Shown here: positions 19,460 to 29,141 of the stretch, piece by piece
Position numbering within the stretch: position 1 is the stretch's first letter
Layout: every line of letters starts with the position of its first letter
Source of the DNA: Patescibacteria group bacterium
GTDB taxonomy: Bacteria; Patescibacteriota; Patescibacteriia; UBA1558; GWA2-36-10
Reading direction: 5' to 3'
Assembly (NCBI GenBank): GCA_018819405.1
Contig: JAHJQF010000001.1
Location: 162,097-226,096 of the forward strand
Length of the DNA stretch: 64,000 nucleotides
The notes under the pieces: generated by a model
What the model was told of the DNA's origin: nothing
The model's input: only the letters and a program-made list of their open reading frames with translations
Databases searched by the model: none
Translations under genes and position numbers: made by a program

Positions 19460-20230
19460 ATGAAAAAACTGCTGTTCTGCGCCATTTTGTTGGCGCTGGT
19501 GGCTGCCCTAGTCTCTGGCTGTACTACTCCCGGCAAAAAGTGGTACGGCTACGATCGCCAAAGCAAGGAATACATCCAGCTCGACAAGCAACCCTTTCAG
19601 CAGGCGGTTTACAACCTCTCCAGTTACACAATCTTCTTCACTCTGGAGGGCAAAGACGCCTGGTCTTGGACCGACCCCTACTACCAGATTGACCCTGGCT
19701 ACTCTGGATCTCTGGAAATACACCAGAGCTACACCAGCGACAAATTTCGCGCCTACTTCTGGTGCAAGGGTTGTCAGGATGTCCTGGGCACTACCGAAGA
19801 GATGATCGAGTTCGAGCTGCCCGGTCTGGCCACCATGCCGACCGATACACTGATTGTCACCGATGCCATGCTTATGGGCGATGCCCTCCAAGAGATGGCT
19901 GTCAAGAACATGACGGGTGTTGACTTGCACTACTACGACAATCGCGGCAACGACTTCGTGATAAAACATGGGCAAGCCTGGAGGCTACTGGTACTCTCCG
20001 GACCCTACAACTTCTGGGTTGAGCCTGTCATCAGACTCAAGTACGAAGCAGCCGCACCGGTAAAGCTGGGACAAGTAAGTTCCGACAAGCCGTTGATTAT
20101 TGACCGGCGACGCAATGCCTTGTGGACTGACCAGAACGGTCAACCCATTTATATCGGCGCCAAACGCATCATCGGTGCCGATGAAATTCCGCGCTTCTGG
20201 CGGGAAAGACGGCATTGGGCCGAGTACTAA
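19460..20230 (+). CDS. GC-rich (about 53% GC) lipoprotein of unknown function; compositionally foreign
   Basis: Signal peptide plus lipobox 'LVSGC'. Codon usage is biased to CTG/GGC/GCC, against roughly 32% GC in the flanks. The gene has its own promoter and terminator. Confidence 0.55.
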   Translation: MKKLLFCAILLALVAALVSGCTTPGKKWYGYDRQSKEYIQLDKQPFQQAVYNLSSYTIFFTLEGKDAWSWTDPYYQIDPGYSGSLEIHQSYTSDKFRAYFWCKGCQDVLGTTEEMIEFELPGLATMPTDTLIVTDAMLMGDALQEMAVKNMTGVDLHYYDNRGNDFVIKHGQAWRLLVLSGPYNFWVEPVIRLKYEAAAPVKLGQVSSDKPLIIDRRRNALWTDQNGQPIYIGAKRIIGADEIPRFWRERRHWAEY

Positions 20231-20233
20231 AAA

Positions 20234-20280
20234 CCCCCGCCTTGTTCTGCAACACAGAACAAGGCGGGGGAATTTTTTTA
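20234..20280. terminator. Bidirectional intrinsic terminator ('cccccgccttgttctg' / 'cagaacaaggcggggg' stem, T tracts on both sides)
   Basis: Perfect 16-bp stem, followed by 'aattttttta' on the plus strand and a T run on the minus strand. It lies between convergent genes. Confidence 0.7.
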
Positions 20281-20295
20281 TATAAATATTTTACA

Positions 20296-20691
20296 CTAAC
20301 CAGTAGCTTCACCACCACCGGTACCAGTACCAGCATTATCAGCTAGAGCTCTCAAAACAAAACTGGCAATTGCATAAGCCATGACAACTATTACTAGACC
20401 AATCACTGAGTTTTTTATAATGCTTTTAGCTTCATCAACTTGTTGGGAGTTTCCTTGGGAAGTCATCCACTTAAATCCTCCCCAAATAATCAAAACCGTA
20501 AAAAGCATGCCCAAAAGAGAAAGTAACGCGTTTATAATTCTGGCTATCATTTGTTGAGGGCTGACACCTTTTATAAGATTGCTGGCATTAGCCGCTTCTT
20601 CCAATCCGGTTTGAGCGGCATAATCAGAAGCTGATACTGCCAAAGGCAGTAATGCAACTAATAAGAAAATTGTATTTTTTATAGATTTCAT
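20296..20691 (-). CDS. TrbC/VirB2-like (T4SS-type) pilin paralog 1, with a Gly-rich C-terminal tail. An ATG start at 20691 is preferred over the track's TTG at 20697.
   Basis: Signal peptide and two TM helices flanking the conserved 'GGFKWMTSQGNSQQVDEAK' motif, plus an 'NAGTGTGGGEATG' tail. Confidence 0.5.
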   Translation of the reverse strand: MKSIKNTIFLLVALLPLAVSASDYAAQTGLEEAANASNLIKGVSPQQMIARIINALLSLLGMLFTVLIIWGGFKWMTSQGNSQQVDEAKSIIKNSVIGLVIVVMAYAIASFVLRALADNAGTGTGGGEATG

Positions 20692-20757
20692 ATGCAATAT
20701 AAGCTTTAGTAGGTCATCATGATAAATGACCCACTATAGTCTAGACTACATAGGTCG

Positions 20758-21108
20758 TTATATGGTCTCATTATAAAGTGACTGCAATACGAATCTAGAT
20801 ATCGCATAAGCGGTCAAAATTATAACCAAACCGACAATACCCGCACCGATAAGCTTTTTAGCTTCGTCAACTTTTTCAGTATTACCCTGAGAAGTCATCC
20901 ATTTGAATCCACCCAACAAAATAATCAAAGTAGCTAAAATGCCCAAAAAACCTAGCACAATATTTACTACTCCACCAATAGTATCTCTTAAGGGTTTTGA
21001 ACCCAAAGCAATATTGGTAGAGGTAAAATCATTAATACCCCATTGATCATCTGAAGCTGATGCCACTGCTGGGAAAAATGCTAGTAAAGAAATCAAGAAT
21101 TTTTTCAT
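20758..21108 (-). CDS. TrbC/VirB2-like pilin paralog 2
   Basis: Signal peptide, 'GGFKWMTSQGNTEKVDEAKK' and a second TM helix. Strong SD ('aaagggggtgaaaaaATG'). Confidence 0.5.
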   Translation of the reverse strand: MKKFLISLLAFFPAVASASDDQWGINDFTSTNIALGSKPLRDTIGGVVNIVLGFLGILATLIILLGGFKWMTSQGNTEKVDEAKKLIGAGIVGLVIILTAYAISRFVLQSLYNETI

Positions 21109-21192
21109 TTTTTCACCCCCTTTCTATTTTAGAAAAATATTACTTAAAGTATATACTAAAATAGCTTTTTTTTCAACGATTTGTCAATACTT

Positions 21193-21513
21193 TTAAGTAG
21201 TGCCCCGTAAAATGTCAAACACAAAGTTTATGACAATATAACTTAAAAATATTACTACCAAACCTAATATGGCCCAAACAATACTATCCTTGCCTTTTTT
21301 TACTCTCTCAGAGTTACCAGATGAAGTCATCCACAAAATGCCACCCCAGACTAGAAAAAATAAAGCCAAAGCACCCGATATACCAAGTAGGCCTCTGATC
21401 ATTTGTCCAGCTAATTCTGGAATACTGTCAGCACTTAATGGATTTGGTACTTCTACTGCTGCTTTAGCTGATAGTGGTAATAGTAACAACGAAAATAAAA
21501 CTATTTTTTTCAT
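21193..21513 (-). CDS. TrbC/VirB2-like pilin paralog 3
   Basis: Signal peptide and 'WGGILWMTSSGNSERVKKGKD'. Confidence 0.5.
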   Translation of the reverse strand: MKKIVLFSLLLLPLSAKAAVEVPNPLSADSIPELAGQMIRGLLGISGALALFFLVWGGILWMTSSGNSERVKKGKDSIVWAILGLVVIFLSYIVINFVFDILRGTT

Positions 21514-21554
21514 ATCTAATTTTTAATATTTGTTGAATATATAAAATACTAAGG

Positions 21555-22190
21555 TTAGTATATTTTAGAACCATCGGTAGCACAAACCTGTTCACCTGGA
21601 CAGCATGACGTACAACCAGAGACAGCATAAGCACCATTATAATCTTGCGGATTATAATTTTCTGGCAAACAAGCTGTTTTATAATTATTTTTTAGACCAG
21701 CATAAACACATTGTGATATACAAATTTCATTATAAACTACTAACTCTGCTTGCGAAAACGTCCCCGAGCACACCATTAAACTCCCTGGCTCTCCACATGG
21801 AGATCCAGGCCCCTTTCCTTGGCAAGAAATTGTAGTGATACGATATGGTTCTTTAACATTTAAAACCTGATTAACAAAAAAATCCAAAATTAGATAGCCG
21901 CCAAAAGCAACAATAATAGCAAAAATAGTGTTTGTCATTATATCTTTGCCTTTTTTTACTCTCTCAGCATTACCGGATGATATCAACCATTGAACACCTC
22001 CATAAACAAAATAGACCAAAGCTACCGCTCCCATAGCCCCCAACATCAACTTGATCAACAAAAGAAAACCTGTAGCAATATCTTCAAGGCCACAATTTCC
22101 ATATTCTATACATCCTAATCCATCCAAAAATCCCGCCCTGGCTATTAGAGGACTAGTTAAAAAAATTAAGCTAACAAAAAATTTTATCAT
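21555..22190 (-). CDS. TrbC/VirB2-like pilin paralog 4 with a Cys-rich C-terminal extension of about 110 aa
   Basis: 'YGGVQWLISSGNAERVKKGKD' core, followed by a domain with 14 Cys. Its start codon overlaps the upstream SBP stop (ATGA). Confidence 0.5.
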   Translation of the reverse strand: MIKFFVSLIFLTSPLIARAGFLDGLGCIEYGNCGLEDIATGFLLLIKLMLGAMGAVALVYFVYGGVQWLISSGNAERVKKGKDIMTNTIFAIIVAFGGYLILDFFVNQVLNVKEPYRITTISCQGKGPGSPCGEPGSLMVCSGTFSQAELVVYNEICISQCVYAGLKNNYKTACLPENYNPQDYNGAYAVSGCTSCCPGEQVCATDGSKIY

Positions 22191-23560
22191 TGCGGTTCTT
22201 TATATGTTTGATTTATCTGACCAACCAATAAACCTAGGCTTGCGTTTTTATCATCCAAAACATATTCTCCTGATAAAAGCTTGTCAATAAAATCTCCTAA
22301 GTATTGTTCAGCCAGATTAATATTGTAACCTCTATACCAAGTATCAGCAGTCAAAACCTGAGAAGCAAATATTGAAGTATCATAATTAGCAATCTGCTTG
22401 TCAATCAAAGAACGTAAAGCTGTTGGCTTTTTATTTTCAGTTAAATATTTTGATACCAAATCCTCTGAAGCTGTTGTCTGGACAAAATTCCAGGCTGCAT
22501 CCTGATTTTTTGATTTTTTGGCAACCACATTAACCCAAAAATTAGCATAATATTTGGTAATTTCTGCGCCTCTAGTTTGAGGAAAGTTTGTAATACCCCA
22601 ATCAAATTGAGTCTTTCTACGCCTTAATTCATCAGCATGATAACTATAGCCAAAAAAATAAGCTAGTTTGCCACCAGCAAACATCTCAAAGGCATTTTCC
22701 AAATCACTATTCCAGCTATAACTAGCTTTGCCCGGCTTGGCAAAATCTGTATAAAAAGCAAAGGCTTGAGCAAGTCTCTGTGCAGAGTCTTTATCGTCTA
22801 AAGGTGAAAAGGCCGTCTCTGATTTAGCGTTTACCCCATTTTGCATCATGATAGAAGAAAAAATATCAAAAAACCTAGGTATATTATCAGTACCACCAAG
22901 AGCAACTGCTGATTGAATTATTTGATTGCCCTCTGTTGCTTTAGTCAGCTTTGGAGTCTGATCCACTAAATCAAAAAAGTCAGTAATTGGTTCCGCTATA
23001 CCTGCTTTGGTAATCATGTCTAGATTATAAAAAGTAACTAGCGTATCTAATGAATACGGCAAACCATATATTTTTTCATCAACTATTATATTGTCATAAA
23101 CTGCTGGAACATACTTAATCTTTATATCTTGAGGAGACAAGCCGGCAAATTGTCGCATCACTATCACAGTTTCTGATTTTATAGAGCCCTGTATTTCATA
23201 TATTGGAATTTTGTGAGCTGAGGGCATAACTACTATCCTATGTTGATAAGCTTTTATCCAATTGGCTGGAATCGCAAAAATATCCGGTCCTCTGTCATCA
23301 GCCCAAGCTTCCAAAAGCTCGCGTTCGTATTCTTCATAACGAAAACGTCTATAATTTACTTTTACAGTCGGATGGGTTTTTTCATAATCTGCAATCAATG
23401 TTTTCAATTGAGCCTCTGTATCCCAAACACCCCAGTATTCCAAAGTAACCGGCTGGTAAAGCTCCTTATCTGATCGAAAAGGATTCCACTTGCAACCAAA
23501 GCCACTGTTTAAAACAAGGGTAAATAATAATAAAATTGTAAAAATTCTAAACCTTCTCAT
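22187..23560 (-). CDS. Extracellular solute-binding lipoprotein (SBP_bac_1 family, sugar-type), orphan with no permease or ATPase adjacent
   Basis: Lipobox 'NSGFGC'; 'GPDIFAIPANWIKAY' and 'YGLPYSLDTLVTFYNLDM' are typical of family-1 SBPs; 457 aa. Confidence 0.65.
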   Translation of the reverse strand: MRRFRIFTILLLFTLVLNSGFGCKWNPFRSDKELYQPVTLEYWGVWDTEAQLKTLIADYEKTHPTVKVNYRRFRYEEYERELLEAWADDRGPDIFAIPANWIKAYQHRIVVMPSAHKIPIYEIQGSIKSETVIVMRQFAGLSPQDIKIKYVPAVYDNIIVDEKIYGLPYSLDTLVTFYNLDMITKAGIAEPITDFFDLVDQTPKLTKATEGNQIIQSAVALGGTDNIPRFFDIFSSIMMQNGVNAKSETAFSPLDDKDSAQRLAQAFAFYTDFAKPGKASYSWNSDLENAFEMFAGGKLAYFFGYSYHADELRRRKTQFDWGITNFPQTRGAEITKYYANFWVNVVAKKSKNQDAAWNFVQTTASEDLVSKYLTENKKPTALRSLIDKQIANYDTSIFASQVLTADTWYRGYNINLAEQYLGDFIDKLLSGEYVLDDKNASLGLLVGQINQTYKEPQ

Positions 23561-24429
23561 TTTACTTTTTTAAAATAATCTTTCAAAAATTCTCTGAGCT
23601 CTTTTCTTTCCATGGCGTACTCCAGTGTGGCGCGCAATAAATTCAAAGGATCCCCAGTAGTCAGCCACTCTCCATCTTTTATTTCTTTGGCATAAAACTT
23701 TCCGCCGGATTTTATATAATTTCTGATAGCATCAACTATCCATAGTTCGTTGCCTTTTCCCAATCGTGTTTTTTGTAAAACATCGACTATGTCCTGATTC
23801 AAAATCATACGACCAAAATCAGCCAGATTAGAAGGAGCATCTTTGATAGATGGTTTTTCTATAATGTCATTTAGCTGCATTGTCTTTGTGTTTTTCAAAC
23901 TGACAATACCATATCTATCCACCTGATCACGCGGCACTTCTTGAACCCCAATCATCAAATGTCCGGTTTTGTTGTAATCATCTACCATTTGCTTGGCAAA
24001 AGGTATTTTTGATTTTACTAAATCATCACCCCAGACGTACATAAAAGGCTCATCATCAACCAAGCTAGCTGCCGAAAGAACTGGTGTGCCATTACCATAT
24101 GGCCCTTTTTGTCTTATATAAACAAAATTGGCCATTTCTGAGATTTTTTTAACTGCCGCTAGCTTATCTTTTTTTCCGGCTTTGGCCAGTTCATTTTCTA
24201 GAGCCCAAGAATGATCAAAATGATCCTCAAGAGGTTTTTTGTCCCACTTGGTCACAAGTATAATGTCCTCTATGCCAGCTGCCACCAATTCTTCAACTAC
24301 TAGCTGAATAACCGGCTTATCTACTATTGGCAACATTTCCTTGGGCATGGTTTTGGTAGCCGGCAAAAGCCTAGTACCTGATCCAGCTACAGCAACTACA
24401 GCTTTTCGGATTTTTTGATTTTTTTTCAT
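23557..24429 (-). CDS. galU: UTP--glucose-1-phosphate uridylyltransferase
   Basis: 'AVAGSGTRLLPATKTMPKEMLPIVDKPVIQ' is the GalU signature; 290 aa. Confidence 0.85.
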   Translation of the reverse strand: MKKNQKIRKAVVAVAGSGTRLLPATKTMPKEMLPIVDKPVIQLVVEELVAAGIEDIILVTKWDKKPLEDHFDHSWALENELAKAGKKDKLAAVKKISEMANFVYIRQKGPYGNGTPVLSAASLVDDEPFMYVWGDDLVKSKIPFAKQMVDDYNKTGHLMIGVQEVPRDQVDRYGIVSLKNTKTMQLNDIIEKPSIKDAPSNLADFGRMILNQDIVDVLQKTRLGKGNELWIVDAIRNYIKSGGKFYAKEIKDGEWLTTGDPLNLLRATLEYAMERKELREFLKDYFKKVK

Positions 24430-24551
24430 CCCGTTATTATTCTAAAATATTTACAACTATCTTATTTTTTTGTTCCCCGCAAAAAATCGTGAATTTCTGA
24501 CGGGATTAATGCTTTTATTATACTAAAATTTGACCTAAATGTAAATTGTTT

Positions 24552-25247
24552 TTACTTTAAAATAAGGCCTTTGTGTTCAGTAATATGAGCGGAAAAATCC
24601 ATAACTATCTTCAAAAATACCAAAATAATAACTGCTGACATACCAAAACCAAGCGCCGTGGCAAAAAATCCCCCAAAAATAATAGTCAAATGCATAGTTA
24701 CTATTCTTTTATATGGGGCAAACATCTGTTTATTTATGGTGGTCTTTAGATATTCTTGTTTTTTTATAAAATTATAAATATAAGATATGGCGTGACTCAA
24801 AAATAAAAAAGATAAAGATATAAATAGAGTTTTTAAATAAGAAAATACCGTGATAAAAGCCACGTCTGTATATGTCGTCTTTGGCAAATCGGGCTTGAAG
24901 AAAGTAACAATAAAAAATAAATGCCCAAACATAAACATAGAATAATGAATAATAAAAAAAACAATAAAAAATATCTTAGTCGGCTCAGATATTTTATCTG
25001 TTTTACTCTGCCTATTTTTCTTGGTCAAACCAATATCTTTTATATGTTGCATTTTCAAAACATTAAAAAATCCTACGACTGTACTTTCTAGCCAATACAA
25101 AATCAATATTGTGAAAATATCCCAACCAAAAAACAAAACTCCAAAAATAGGAATTAAGTTTACTAAAAACAGAGACAAAACTGTCGGATAAGCCAAATAA
25201 CTAAAATATTTTTTCAAATCCGCCATCTTTTTTATTTTTATAAACAA
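24552..25247 (-). CDS. hypothetical polytopic membrane protein
   Basis: An ORF with about 6 TM helices. It overlaps the upstream gene by roughly 45 nt, so the real start may be the internal Met. Confidence 0.3.
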   Translation of the reverse strand: MFIKIKKMADLKKYFSYLAYPTVLSLFLVNLIPIFGVLFFGWDIFTILILYWLESTVVGFFNVLKMQHIKDIGLTKKNRQSKTDKISEPTKIFFIVFFIIHYSMFMFGHLFFIVTFFKPDLPKTTYTDVAFITVFSYLKTLFISLSFLFLSHAISYIYNFIKKQEYLKTTINKQMFAPYKRIVTMHLTIIFGGFFATALGFGMSAVIILVFLKIVMDFSAHITEHKGLILK

Positions 25248-26502
25248 ATAAACTAAAAGCTAATAGTATAAAAAATAAGATGCTTAAATCATTTTTAAAA
25301 TAGGGTACATCTACCAAACCGTGTATGAACCAAGTAAGCCAGGCCAAGATTAGCGGCCAAGCAAAAATATTTTTATCAGCCAAAATCTTTTTTAAAATAT
25401 AATATATATAAGCCAACAATCCTAAAAATCCAAATAAACCAAGGAGGCCCATTTCTGTCCAAAAATTTAAAAATATATTATGAGGATAAAGATATATTTC
25501 TATCCAATCTATACGGTGATAATTATTCATAGCCACTTGATAGCCATTTAGACCACTACCTAAAACAAAATTATCTTTTAGCATAGCTAGAGTCTCTCGC
25601 CATTGCCAGCTCCTGATTTCCAATGAGCTAATGTCCAGTCCTTTACCTGGTGAAAAAAGTTGATAAAAACTATTTGGTAAAAATAATATAATTACTGATA
25701 GAGCTAGACAAGCTAGTAAGATACCCCATTTTCTTGTTTTTTTGGCTAATATAAGCCATATAAATATAGCTGCTAGCATAGCCAGCATTGCCCCCTCGCT
25801 GACCGCAAAATAAGATAAACTAACTCCCAAAATTCCCAACAATAAATAATGCCAATTGCGCCCCTTATTTTTTATCATTAGCCAGAGAGATAAGAAGAAT
25901 ATTGAGATAGGAGCGCTAATAAGTGCTAAGGCATTAGGATAAGAAAAAACGGCGGTCAGTCTTTTTGCGTGTGGGAAATTATATGCGGCAATATAGTTCC
26001 AGTCTGTAAAATTTTGATACATAGCCACTACAAACAACCAAGCCAATAGTAAGCCTAGCCCATTTATAATAATTTTTATATCTTCTTTATCCTTGACAGT
26101 ATAGATAAAAACCAAAAAAAACATAATTGGCTCCAAAAAATATGCCCGCCAGAGTCCAAGAGCACTATACGTAGGATTTACCAACCAAGCTAAGACGCTA
26201 GCTAAAATCCAAACAGATAAAAGTAGCCTAAGTTTATAAGGAACCTGATTTTCGGATTTCCTTTTTAAGAAAAAATTTATCTTTTTATATCTTTTCTCTT
26301 TTATCAACCAAATTATAAATAACAAAACAATCATTAATTCCAAAAAAGTAGTTGGCATTCCCAAAATATTGAAGCGCCACAAATAACTAGGTAAAAGAGT
26401 TATTATTGCTGCTATTGCCCAGATAGTTTTTTTATAAGCAGTGAAAATAAAAACCAAAAGCGAAGCAGTGAAAATAAAATTTAGTAGCAAATCAATGCTC
26501 AT
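25201..26502 (-). CDS. O-antigen ligase/polymerase-like (Wzy_C-type) membrane protein
   Basis: About 10-12 TM helices with a large periplasmic loop, in a polysaccharide locus next to wzx. Confidence 0.45.
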   Translation of the reverse strand: MSIDLLLNFIFTASLLVFIFTAYKKTIWAIAAIITLLPSYLWRFNILGMPTTFLELMIVLLFIIWLIKEKRYKKINFFLKRKSENQVPYKLRLLLSVWILASVLAWLVNPTYSALGLWRAYFLEPIMFFLVFIYTVKDKEDIKIIINGLGLLLAWLFVVAMYQNFTDWNYIAAYNFPHAKRLTAVFSYPNALALISAPISIFFLSLWLMIKNKGRNWHYLLLGILGVSLSYFAVSEGAMLAMLAAIFIWLILAKKTRKWGILLACLALSVIILFLPNSFYQLFSPGKGLDISSLEIRSWQWRETLAMLKDNFVLGSGLNGYQVAMNNYHRIDWIEIYLYPHNIFLNFWTEMGLLGLFGFLGLLAYIYYILKKILADKNIFAWPLILAWLTWFIHGLVDVPYFKNDLSILFFILLAFSLFVYKNKKDGGFEKIF

Positions 26503-27927
26503 TTATTTTTTATTAAATATTTCTTTAATAAGCGACTGATTGATTGCTTTAGTAAAAAATAAAACCAAGATATAAATTAAACCGGCAAGGATTGTCACTA
26601 GTATAATATTTTTATCCTCTAGCAAGCTAGCTACAAAAGAAGCAATGACTGCTGCTATGATACTTTTTATTAATACTTTGAAATTTAAATTAAGCGAAAC
26701 ATTCTTTTTTACTACCACAAAAGCAAAGACGACTATCAAAATCTCCACCAACAAAGTCATATACGCTGCTCCCCAATAAGAAAAACGGGGGATAAGGGTA
26801 AAATAACCCAAAATTCCTATGCCAGCTGTAATCAAAAAATATTTGACCATCTGCTTTTGCAAATTAAGAGCTACTACTAAATAAGTAAATAATGTTCCAA
26901 AAAATATAGCAGCTGTCGCTATTATCAAAATATTTAATATTGGCCCAGATTTGACAAATTCTTGCCCCGCCAACAGAGTCATCAATGGGCTGCTAATAAG
27001 CCAGGTGACAAAAATCATAGCCACACTAATAATACTAAAAAAATCAAAACTATGTTGTAGACTATTTTTTAATTTTTCTTTATTCTGAGTCACCCAAGCG
27101 GCTGTAAAAATGGGCAATATAAGACTCATAAACATATGGGGAAAAGTAGATAAAACTTCCAAAACTCTATAAGGCGCTCCATATATAGCTACATCTTCTG
27201 GGCTGTGATAAGCTGATAAAATTAAAGTATCAGCCTTGAAATAAACCAAATTCAATACCACTGTAATAGCTAGTGGCCAAGTACGATGAAATACCTGCTT
27301 CCAATATACAAAATCCCAAGCCAGTTGTAGACTCACATATTTTTTCAAAAATACCAAAAGTAAAATAAAAGCCGTGCCTTGTGTAATCACATTAAAAAAT
27401 AATATTTGATTGAGGTTGCCGGAAGTTTTAAAAAGATAAATCAAGGCTAAAGCGTATAGTGTTTTATTGACCAAATCTGTAATAGCTACTTTTGGCATAG
27501 CCAAATTTTTGGAAAAAACCGCGGTCAAAGTAGAAATTATACTTTGGAAAAAATAACAAAACATAAAAATAGTTACACCTATTTTTACTTCTTTAGTATA
27601 AGGGAAAAATTGAACAACCAAGGGTATCAAAATCAAAACCAGAACAGCCGAAACTATTCTGATAGTAAAAATATTATTTACAATTCTATTCTCATCTTTA
27701 CGTTCTTTGGCTGCCGAAATTTCCCTGAGCAAAGTAAGGTAGAGTCCCAGATCCACCAAAATCATAAACATCTGAACAAAAGCAAAAGCAGTGGTATAAT
27801 ATCCAAAACCAGCTTGACCCAATATCCTAGTGATAAGTGCCAAGGACAAAACACCTATAAAAATATTTAAAGCCCTGATAATAACCTGCCACAGGGTATT
27901 TTGAAAAATCTTATTAGCAATCGACAT
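26503..27927 (-). CDS. wzx: Polysaccharide/oligosaccharide flippase (Wzx/MOP superfamily)
   Basis: The N-terminus 'NTLWQVIIRALNIFIGVLSLALITRILGQAGFGYYTTAFAF' is typical of PF01943; about 12-14 TM helices. Confidence 0.6.
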   Translation of the reverse strand: MSIANKIFQNTLWQVIIRALNIFIGVLSLALITRILGQAGFGYYTTAFAFVQMFMILVDLGLYLTLLREISAAKERKDENRIVNNIFTIRIVSAVLVLILIPLVVQFFPYTKEVKIGVTIFMFCYFFQSIISTLTAVFSKNLAMPKVAITDLVNKTLYALALIYLFKTSGNLNQILFFNVITQGTAFILLLVFLKKYVSLQLAWDFVYWKQVFHRTWPLAITVVLNLVYFKADTLILSAYHSPEDVAIYGAPYRVLEVLSTFPHMFMSLILPIFTAAWVTQNKEKLKNSLQHSFDFFSIISVAMIFVTWLISSPLMTLLAGQEFVKSGPILNILIIATAAIFFGTLFTYLVVALNLQKQMVKYFLITAGIGILGYFTLIPRFSYWGAAYMTLLVEILIVVFAFVVVKKNVSLNLNFKVLIKSIIAAVIASFVASLLEDKNIILVTILAGLIYILVLFFTKAINQSLIKEIFNKK

Positions 27928-28063
27928 GCTCCGTTAGAAATATTAAATAATCTATTATATCCCCGATAGAACAGCTTGATTTCTAACGAGGCATATATCA
28001 AATTATACTAATAAAAAGAGCCCCTAGCAAGCTACGAGACTCTTTTGTATAAACAAATTATAA

Positions 28064-29071
28064 TTATTGTTCTGAGGAGCGGTATTCTTTCCAAACCTTA
28101 TCTTTTATCTCCTTTATAAGTTTTGGGTTTGCCCTCAAATACGATTTAGCATTTTCACGCCCTACGCCCAATTTTTCTTCTCCATATGTATAAGAATTGC
28201 CTGATTTTGAAATAATACCAAAAGCTAAGGCCGTATCCAAAACATCTCCAGCTACCGATATTCCTTCATTATACATAATATCAAAAACTGTACTCTTAAA
28301 TGGGGCCGCTACTTTATTTTTTACTACTTTGGCCTTGACTTGGTTACCAATTATCTTCTCACCCTGTTTTATTTGGGCACTGCGACGCACCTCAATCCTA
28401 AGAGATGAATAAAATTTTAGAGCATTACCGCCAGTAGTAGTTTCGGGATTGCCGAAAAATACACCAATCTTCATTCTTATTTGATTGATAAAAATGACAA
28501 TGGTTTTGCTCTTGTGCACAATACCAGCCAATTTTCTCAAAGCCTGGCTCATCAATCTGGCCTGCAGTCCCATATGACTATCACCCATTTCTCCCTCTAT
28601 TTCAGCTTTTGGGACTAAGGCAGCTACTGAGTCAATAACTATCACATCTATACCACCCGAGCGAACTAGTGTTTCTACAATTTCCAAAGCCTGTTCACCA
28701 GTGTCTGGCTGAGAAATGAGTAACTTATCAATATCAACGCCTATTTTTTTGGCATAATCAGGATCCAAAGCGTGCTCAGCATCAACAAAAGCCGCTACGC
28801 CTCCCAATCTTTGTACCTCAGCTACCACATGCTGAGCCAAAGTGGTTTTGCCTGATGCTTCAGGACCATAAATTTCAATAATCCTGCCGCGCGGCACTCC
28901 ACCAACTCCCAAAGCAATGTCCAAAGACAAACAGCCCGTGCTAACCGCCTCTACATTCATAGCTTTGGCCTCTCCTAAATTCATTATGGAGCCCTCACCA
29001 AAACGCGATCTTATTTGATCAATAGCGTTTTTAGTAGCTTGATCTAGGCCTTCTTTTTCTTTTTTAGCCAT
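28064..29071 (-). CDS. recA: Recombinase RecA
   Basis: Walker A 'GPEASGKTT', '[14 protein letters not shown]', and full-length conservation. Confidence 0.95.
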   Translation of the reverse strand: MAKKEKEGLDQATKNAIDQIRSRFGEGSIMNLGEAKAMNVEAVSTGCLSLDIALGVGGVPRGRIIEIYGPEASGKTTLAQHVVAEVQRLGGVAAFVDAEHALDPDYAKKIGVDIDKLLISQPDTGEQALEIVETLVRSGGIDVIVIDSVAALVPKAEIEGEMGDSHMGLQARLMSQALRKLAGIVHKSKTIVIFINQIRMKIGVFFGNPETTTGGNALKFYSSLRIEVRRSAQIKQGEKIIGNQVKAKVVKNKVAAPFKSTVFDIMYNEGISVAGDVLDTALAFGIISKSGNSYTYGEEKLGVGRENAKSYLRANPKLIKEIKDKVWKEYRSSEQ

Positions 29072-29141
29072 ATCACAATTCCTTTCTTAGTTTAGCAAAC
29101 TAGCCTGTTTTGCTTGCTTTTCTTACTTATTAATCTTTAAA

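Noticed and set aside
19508-20215. Minus-strand ORFs (155 aa and 76 aa) and the plus-strand ORF 19435-19692 overlapping the GC-rich lipoprotein gene
   Set aside because: High GC content produces long spurious open frames. Only the 19460-20230 frame has a signal peptide and lipobox, a promoter and a terminator.
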